Below, in pieces: positions 50,126 through 55,315 of a DNA stretch of 55,315 nt (position 1 is its first letter; each line of letters begins with the position of its first letter). The notes below the pieces were generated by a model. That model saw only the letters and a list, made by a program, of their open reading frames with translations, did not search any database and was not told the origin of the DNA. Where the stretch lies: positions 55,910,601 through 55,965,915 of the forward strand of contig NC_068986.1 of the NCBI RefSeq assembly GCF_001194135.2. Direction: 5' to 3'. This stretch comes from Octopus bimaculoides (lineage: Eukaryota). The position numbers and the translations under genes were made by a program.

Positions 50126-50559
50126 TTCGACTTTTAATCAATTAAGTTGAATCTTTCAATTGGAAATGAAAACTGAGTCGCATACTCATCTCACTGTTGC
50201 CCTTGCCTCACATATTACATAGTGAAAAAGAATAAATATATTTACTTCATTAAAATTTGAAGCCACAAAGGGAAATGGTCTCTATCCTGAATACAAACCA
50301 TATCAACGATTCAACTCACGAAGAGCTAACCTTTTTAGCAAACAATGTTCAACATTCAACTCGAAAGTAATTTATTAATAATCAGCCTTGGTGAGATTTA
50401 AATTAGTTTTACGTGTAGCAGTATTTCAAATGTTATTACTGACTTGTCGTGCATTTAAGTGATATCCTTAGAACAAACGATGGTGCGATACACTACAGTA
50501 GAATATAGTGCAGTAGTTTATTTGTATTTTTTTCATTAAGTTGCATGCTTTCAACAAAC

Positions 50560-50689
50560 CTGTTAATATCTGTCAAATAACCGTTTTGAGCTTCACAGTA
50601 GTCTTTTGCTTTCGAGTAAGTCAGACGATATAAGAAACTAAATTGGTAGCAGCTGTCTTGGTGTTGCTCCCAGCCGTCAACACAGGTTC
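50560..50689 (-). CDS. Lectin exon B (CTLD-1 N-part): (G)TCVDGWEQHQDSCYQFSFLYRLTYSKAKDYCEAQNGYLTDIN(S)
   Basis: TTTTCAG acceptor, AG|GTTTGT donor; 130 nt, phase 1 to 2; C..GW....SCY...A..YC...G.L CTLD signature. Confidence 0.92.
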
Positions 50690-51671
50690 CTGAAAATAAC
50701 GAAAATAATGAGTTGCTACATATAAGAGTTGAGTTATACGGTTACAGGTATATTTTCATGTGATCTCAGCACTATCCCGGTTACGTAGCGTGAGATAGAA
50801 ACTGGATGAACAGAAATAGAGGTAAAATCAATAAAAACTATAAGGCAGTAACACTGTTCGTCGCTGGGGTTTGTCCATGTAACTTGGGCAGAACAAATGT
50901 CACAAAGATTTTCGTTCGAAAGCAATGGTCGGTCGATTTTAAACCTTTCATTAATACCTGAATACTTACTATCTGAATACTTACATACGCGGTGAGTATG
51001 TGTATGTGGTTAGGTAGGTATGCATGCAGTTAGAATATATTTGACAAGTGACTTTAGAAATCTGCGGTTTGTTATCTCATCATCTTTGTGTGTGTGTGTG
51101 TGTGTGTGTGCGCGTTGCCAAGACACTTAACTCTTAACAACCTGTTATAATAGGAAAATGATGATATCATTTTCATATGACTGGATCTGCACGAACTTAA
51201 TCGTTGTAGAAATAGAGAAATAACGAGTGTTTATATTTTACAAGTGTTGAGCTGAATTCAAATGTGCTTGGAGTAACTTTAGTAAACTATTCCTTTATAT
51301 TTCACTTTAGAAAACTGTATGCAACTATTGGAAGCTGAGACAAACCCGCAGCATTGAAGGCCATCTCTCAGCATCAGATGATATACTGCGGAAAATCTGG
51401 GTCTAACTCAAAATCAAACACATTAGAAACAATGCGACCGCTTCCTCAATATGTTGTATATATATGTAAGGAAAGAGAGAGGGTCAGGTGTTCAGAAGAA
51501 GCAGAGGAAAAATATCTCAATAAGGATTGCTGTAATAGTCACCATCTTTGCCGAGGTGCTGGCCCTGGAGAAGTTGGAGTTTAACTTCACACCCATTTGA
51601 GCACTCTGGTGTGTTATCTATATTGCACTAATTTCTCTTCTTTTCTCTTTCTGTCTGTCTCTCTCTCTATC

Positions 51672-51702
<31 letters not shown>

Positions 51703-52779
51703 CTTGCTAGGAAGCTAGCTAGCTATACACACAAACACACACGCGCACATATGCAAAATTTAGATTACTTAAAATGTTTGTAACATATTTCAACTGCTAA
51801 ACGGCAAAATCACTGCAGTTATCTTTCATATGGTAAATACGTGAGAAAATTCCCTGTTTGTTCAGTGATACCATCTGTGAGGAACCCTGGACATCAATGT
51901 TTCGAGTTTTTTTTATTCTTGTCAATGGGATGTACCAAAGAGAGGCAACTCTGTATAAACTAATAGACTTTCCTAAGAGTTGTTCAATTNNNNNNNNNNN
52001 NNNNNNNNNNNNNNNNNNNNNNNNNNNNNNNNNNNNNNNNNNNNNNNNNNNNNNNNNNNNNNNNNNNNNNNNNNNNNNNNNNNNNNNNNAAGACGAAGAT
52101 AGGTGTATGAACAACAAGCAGATGTATTAGTTTGACGCTTGGGAAAATGAAAAAGTCCTTTACGTTTCGAGCCTACGCTGTTCAACTGAAACGAATAAGT
52201 GAAAATAAACAGGGAGAGAATGAAAAACAAATTTGTGGATTTAACGGTCAAGCATGGCATATATATAAGCTTCCTTCTGTTTTTCAAGTACCAAATCCAC
52301 TTCTTCTACTATAGGCCCCAGCCTTTAGTAGAAGACAATTGCCCAAGGTGCTTTGTAGTGGGACTGAACTCTGAGGCATGTCGTTACGACACAGCCAAGC
52401 TTGCACCTACACATACACACCACACACGCACACACACACAAAAACACATAGAGCGTGTGTGTGTATGTGCGCGCGCGGGTTTGTCTGTGTGTGAGAATGT
52501 ATTGCTAAGACGGAAGCTGAAGGACAGTAGCACACGTTACATTTTGTGGAGCCTCAAATACTGGCGAGAGAAAACGGAAGAATGTGTTTAGATAGCCTTA
52601 ATTTGTCAGAACGTTTCTTTAACAAAGGGTCTTAAGAATAAAATAAGAACGCGAAAGATTTGATAAGATAACAATTTAGTACTTGAAGAAAGAGTGGCAC
52701 CAGCGGGGTGGCATAATTCGAAAGTTAAAACAATGCGACAGCGCATTCGTAATACATATGCACACATGTATGTGTGTTA

Positions 52780-52870
<91 letters not shown>

Positions 52871-53390
52871 ATTCATACATATCTGTATGCATGTATGTCA
52901 TATATATTTATTATATAGTATAATATAATGGTTTTAAATTTTGGACCATGGAAAATAATTCAGCATGTGACTGATAATTTATTTTATCCGTCCGGAAAGG
53001 ATGATAGGCAAGGTTTGCCTCAGTAGGATTTGAACAGAGGACGTAAAGAGTTAAAAATATTTTTTAAAAAAGCTATTAAACATTTTGTAGAACGCGTGAA
53101 CGGCCTTGCCAACCCTTCGCTTTATAACACCATATTACTGAGTATTTCCTATGATATATATACTATTATATACTACTATATATATATTTAATATTATATT
53201 GCAGATACAATTATATAATTAATATTATAATATAATTTTAATTATATATAAAATAATATTATAATATAATTAATATTATATTTCAGATTTGCTAATGTAT
53301 AACTTATTTGTATATACTGATACTAATAAAATGTTCATAATTTTGTTTATGATTTTCATCTCTTCCCTGATGTAATGTAAACACACATAC

Positions 53391-53503
53391 CCGTTTTCTT
53401 CTGGCACAGGAATGGCTTCAGTAAGTGACACTCTCCTGACAACCATATGTTGACAGTCTTAATATATGGGTCGGCAAAGGCACAGGTGTTGTTCTTCAGT
53501 TGT
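53391..53503 (-). CDS. Multi-CTLD lectin gene, exon A (C-terminal part of first visible CTLD): QLKNNTCAFADPYIKTVNIWLSGECHLLKPFLCQKKT
   Basis: Polypyrimidine tract...ATATAG acceptor and G|GTATGT donor; 113 nt, phase 2 to 1; C..W...C....PFLC pattern of a CTLD C-terminus; joins in frame to the 50689 exon. Confidence 0.85.
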
Positions 53504-54499
53504 CTATATATTTATAATAATGAGAGAAAAGAAGAAAAAATAAAGCAGTTCTTAAATATTCTGAAACTATAAACATTCATTCAAGTGACGTAGAGGTATG
53601 TTTGATGCAAGATTTACAATAACGAAGAGAAAACAGAGGCATATGGAGAAATACAATGAGACGGGATTTCAATCCTGGAGCGGAAGGATTTTCCAAGAAA
53701 GACTGTTACATTTTGGTTTTATGTAGTGAAGTAATTCTTTCTAATTTTGGCTCAAGGAAACAGATTTGGAGAGTGATGATAGTAATAATCAGTTGCCATC
53801 ATCACTCGTGGGAAACTTATTTTTATTATCTCAGAAAAATATATACCAACTTATCTGGTTCAAGTATGATTGAATTAAGATTCTCGGAAGAAAATGGAGT
53901 TCTACAACTAATGTGATCAAGATTCAGAAGACAATAGAAATCTGGAAGATCTTTTAAAAATACAATGGTTGAATTGAACTCCGAACGTAATGTGAAGTAA
54001 CTAAATGCCACAAGATATTATTTTCGCCCCTGAGTCGATTCTGTCATCGATTCTCTTTAGGTTAGAGAAATAGTTGCTTTTAATATTGGAACAATGCCAG
54101 AAATCACACCAACCTCAGGAGTGATTGTGAATATATCTTATCGAATCCAAAAAGATGAAAGTCGAAGTTGAGCGGCAAAATCTGAATTCAAAACATAAAG
54201 AACCAGAAAATATATCGTAAGGTATTTTTTTCTGACTCTCAAATGATTCAACCAATACACATTCCGAATAATAGGTAACATAGATAGGTACAAGGTCACA
54301 AATTTAGGAGAGGGTTAAGTCGATTAAATAGACTTTACATGTACTTTACATGTGGGATTTGAACTCAGAACCTAAAATGCCTGAACAAATACTTCAACAT
54401 ATTTTTGTTCGACGCACAAAGAATCCCGTTTGTCCGTGAAATAACAGGACGCAGATGCTTGCCGTCATTTGACCTACTGACAGAGTTATTTGTTATTAA

Positions 54500-54650
54500 C
54501 TTAAAAGCCGGCTTTTAAGCTATATAGCTTTTAAGCAGTTGACCCCGAGTGGGAAGATCTGCGAACAGATCTCTGACTTGTTTTGGAGAATTTGTTGCAA
54601 TTGCTTCTTCTATATCCCAATGATGATCATATTCGTCGCAAAAAAAAAAA
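54500..54650 (-). pseudogene. Short Helitron Rep/Hel remnant
   Basis: DEYDHHWDIEEAIATNSPKQVRDLFA resembles the Helitron W...L.EA.....P.QLR.LFA segment; short match only. Confidence 0.5.
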
Positions 54651-55040
54651 AAAAAAAAAAATGTAAAAAAAAATCGCCGAAAACAATCGCAGTAACGAAA
54701 ACAGGAATCCAAAATTTCTGGATTGCAGGTCCGGATTCGACCCAGAATGTTTTTAATTTACTCACAAAGTTAGCCTTTTAGATTATAAAAATTGTTATCG
54801 TATTAAGGCGGCAAGCTGGCGTAATCGTTAGCTCGCCGAGCGAACTGCGTAGCGGTATTTCGTCTGTGTGACACCGGTTGAAATGCTTAGCGGTATAATG
54901 ACTCCGTGAATTTGGATTATTACTAATTATTTGAGTGCGTCTGTACAGTAAGTGAAAGTTTCCATTGACTGTTTTTGTGTGTTCTTGTTATAATTATTTG
55001 TGTGATAGTCTTCGTTCGAAAACTATCGTGTGTTTCCCCT

Positions 55041-55315
55041 ATGGGGGAAACAGTAATTGCTGGTAAGATGCCGAATAGTGTATCTTCGTCTGGCGAAGAG
55101 GCGTCAACCGAGGGAAAAAATATCGAAAATTTATTGTTTGGAGAAGTTTCGGATTCTTCTGAAAGGGAGTTTCCAAATCTATCAAATTGTACTGTTACAA
55201 GGAGGAACATAAATGTGAAAAGCCTACAAACGGAAGAAAAACAAAAAAGAAGTTTTGCGTCGGCGGCTGGAGGTGGAACATGCCAGCTGTCGACAAACAA
55301 AAGCGACATACTAAA
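55041..55315 (+). CDS. Open ORF running off the window end (91+ codons): MGETVIAGKMPNSVSSSGEEASTEGKNIENLLFGEVSDSSEREFPNLSNCTVTRRNINVKSLQTEEKQKRSFASAAGGG...; possibly LINE ORF1/gag-like
   Basis: No stop from ATG 55041 to the window end; CpG-richer than the surroundings; low-complexity S/E-rich N-terminus; absent from the ORF track (no stop codon in the window). Confidence 0.45.
   Translation, partial: MGETVIAGKMPNSVSSSGEEASTEGKNIENLLFGEVSDSSEREFPNLSNCTVTRRNINVKSLQTEEKQKRSFASAAGGGTCQLSTNKSDIL

Noticed and set aside
50734-50960. Cys-containing minus ORF near exon B
   Set aside because: No CTLD spacing and no phase-compatible donor. Exons A and B already join in frame.
51440-51600. Coding-looking GC-richer patch (possible signal peptide MVTITAILIEIFFLCFF on minus; hydrophobic run on plus)
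   Set aside because: Stops in all relevant frames, no proper acceptor/donor pair, and no exon is needed between A and B.
54923-55309. 128-aa minus-strand ORF as a lectin exon
   Set aside because: No CTLD features and no clear splice sites. Exon A needs a WIGL-type phase-2 exon upstream. It may be the antisense shadow of the plus ORF.
1-55315. CRISPR arrays, rRNA genes, prokaryotic operons
   Set aside because: No regularly spaced repeat-spacer array, no rRNA-like sequence, and the window is clearly spliced eukaryotic DNA.

Overview
AT-rich, microsatellite-dense eukaryotic genomic DNA with four N gaps. The SINE and RTE repeat families look like those I associate with Octopus/coleoid cephalopods (inference, not a database match). 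The window is the interior of one long minus-strand gene encoding a protein with tandem C-type lectin domains (mannose-receptor-like architecture). I reconstructed 15 GT-AG exons (53503 down to 3959, 1777 nt, 592 codons) that join into one uninterrupted frame with consistent intron phases. They cover the end of one CTLD, three complete CTLDs, most of a fifth and two short linker micro-exons. Both ends of the gene lie outside the window. The introns are filled with transposon debris: a near-full-length decayed RTE LINE, CR1/L2-like, I/Jockey-like and R4/Dong-like LINE fragments, Penelope-like (GIY-YIG) fragments, mariner and hAT MITEs, Helitron fragments and many tRNA-derived SINEs. The most unusual signal is two intronic elements bounded by ~100-bp inverted arms, each arm carrying a minimal hammerhead-ribozyme core. 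One (41.5-42.2 kb) is a truncated Penelope-like element. The other (32.9-33.3 kb) has no ORF but has a tRNA-like Pol III head, so it is a candidate ribozyme-bearing SINE mobilised by Penelope-type machinery. All translations and alignments were done by eye.
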